A DNA stretch of 64,000 bases from Phyllobates terribilis (taxonomy: Eukaryota), in assembly GCF_046119375.1 (NCBI RefSeq), contig NW_027362762.1:776116001-776180000 (forward strand). Reading direction: 5' to 3'. Both the position numbers and the translations under genes were made by a program. Under the pieces are notes generated by a model. That model made no database searches and was not told the origin of the DNA. It worked only from the letters and a program-made list of their open reading frames with translations. Of the stretch, positions 62,385 to 64,000 are shown piece by piece; within the stretch, counting starts at the first letter, position 1; each line of letters opens with the position of its first letter.

Positions 62385-64000
62385 GAACGTGAGTCTGTCT
62401 ACATTATCAGTGGAGAGCCGCGTGCGCTTATCTGTCAGCACACCACCAGCAGCGCTGAACGCACGTTCAGACAGAACGCTGGCTGCGGGGCATGACAAGA
62501 TCTCCAAGGCGTAAGTGGCTAGCTCCGGCCATTTATCCAGATTGGAAGCCCAAAAATAGCAAGGGTCCAGTGACACAGTCGTGGCTTCAATGTTTACTTG
62601 GAGATACTCCTGTACCATCGTCTCTAGGCGTTGACTATGTGTCAGACTTCTTGTCTCCTGTGGCCTTGCAAAGGATGGGCTAAAAAAGTGGTGAAATGAT
62701 TCCGCAAAATTTATGTTACCACCAGATACTGTGGTTCTGTTACGGTTTGAGTGCTGAACACTTGACGGTCCCACGGTTGGCAAGTTGGAACTGTGAGATT
62801 CACTACGTGCACCACTGGTATTTTGTGGAAAAGCACATGTAAGATTCTGCAACAGTCTCTGCTGATACTCCTGCATGCGTGCATCCCTTTCTATGGCAGG
62901 AATTATTTCTGCAAATTTACTTTTGTACCGGGGATCTAACAGTGTGGCAACCCAGTAGTCAGGATTATTTCTAATTCTCACAATTCGAGGGTCATGTTGC
63001 AGGTAGTGCAGCAAGAAGGCACTCATGTGTGTTGCGCATCCAGGAGCACCAAGTCCCTGTTGTGTTGGTGGCGAGGTAACAATCATGCTTCCTTCCTCTG
63101 TCCTCTCCCCCCAACCTCGCACAACAGAAATGTGATCAAGGTCTCCCTCATCTGATGAGTCTTCCATCAGTTCGTCCTCCACTTCTTCCTGGGCTCCTGC
63201 ACCTTCCTCACTAGTTTGGCTGCTACCATGCGCCCTGGTAAAACCATCTCCCCCACCCTCACATGCCTGCCGCCTTGGTGCTGCCGACCGTCTGGACCTT
63301 GCAGATGTTAGCCCTTCCGCATACAACTCCTCCTCCTCTACTTCCTCCACCTCCTCTTGTGCCACCACCTGACTCCGAATTCTGTTTAACATGTGCTCCA
63401 GCATGTAAATCACCGGAATAGTCATGCTGATAATGGCATCGTCAGCACTAAACATCTTCGTCGCCATTTCAAAACTGTGCAGAAGGGTGCATAGGTCCCT
63501 GATCTGAGACCACTCCTCCAGCGTGATTTGCCCCACCTCTGAATCTCGTTGGCCCAGGCTATACGTCAGAACGTATTGCACCAGGGCTTGTCGGTGCTGC
63601 CACAGTCGCTGCAACATGTGCAGAGTTGAATTCCACCGGGTAGGCACATCGCATTTTAGCCGGTGAAGTGGCAGGCCCAACGACTTCTGTAGAGATGTAA
63701 GTCGCTGAGCTGCGGGATGCGAACGGCGGAAGTGAGCACACAGCGACCGTGCCCTCTGCAGAAGGCCATCTAGTCTGGGATAGTGGGCTAAAAATTGCTG
63801 GACAACCAGGTTCAACACGTGAGCCATACAAGGCACGTGTGTGACATTGCCCCGGCGAAGGGCCGCACCCAGGTTTGCAGCATTGTCGCACACGGCCTTC
63901 CCTGGTTTCAGGTCCAGTGGAGACAACCATTCATGAAATTGGTTCTCCAGAGCTGACCACAACTCCTCAGCTGTGTGACTCACATTTCCCAGACATTTCA
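62385..64000 (-). CDS. hAT transposase, C-terminal half of the second copy; open in this window (last codons displaced to 56442-56507)
   Basis: ORF 63983..62127 is near-identical to ORF 40825..42507 up to RLTFIK, then reads into the inserted element. Confidence 0.85.

Larger units (their letters stand above)
51964..64000 (-). mobile_element. Second young hAT copy, inverted, extending beyond the window
   Basis: Right TIR TAGTGTTGAGCC at 51964. 51964-56507 and 62385-64000 are the reverse complement of ~40825-47089 with scattered substitutions. Confidence 0.93.

Overview
Eukaryotic, AT-rich, transposon-saturated DNA. The repeat families point to an anuran (frog/toad) genome, which is an inference. 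No intact host gene is evident, apart from one weak terminal-exon candidate. The left half (1-33 kb) holds decayed elements: a Ty3/Gypsy LTR retrotransposon split by a full-length Tc1, two old hAT elements, a 5'-truncated CR1 LINE inside a MITE, Tc1 fragments, MITEs and a piggyBac-like non-autonomous element. The right half (33.4-64 kb) is a nest of one young Ac-type hAT family (ends TAGAGATGAGCG / TAGTGTTGAGCC) whose order can be read from target-site duplications. (1) An internally deleted copy took an L1 insertion. (2) An 11.8-kb copy (TSD TTTGAGAT) inserted into that L1; it carries a ~23 x 111-bp array, a ~1230-codon transposase with one stop, and dead Tc1, L1 and solo-LTR cargo. (3) A near-identical inverted copy starts at 51964. 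(4) A 5.9-kb non-autonomous copy (TSD ATCTTTAT) inserted into that copy's transposase; its interior is a ~5.4-kb palindrome built of palindromes. The three long right ends (33383, 47089, 51964) each carry a ~270-bp 18S rRNA-derived fragment. A Penelope / Ngaro-DIRS / Penelope segment and two hammerhead-ribozyme-like motifs with compensatory core pairs are also present.
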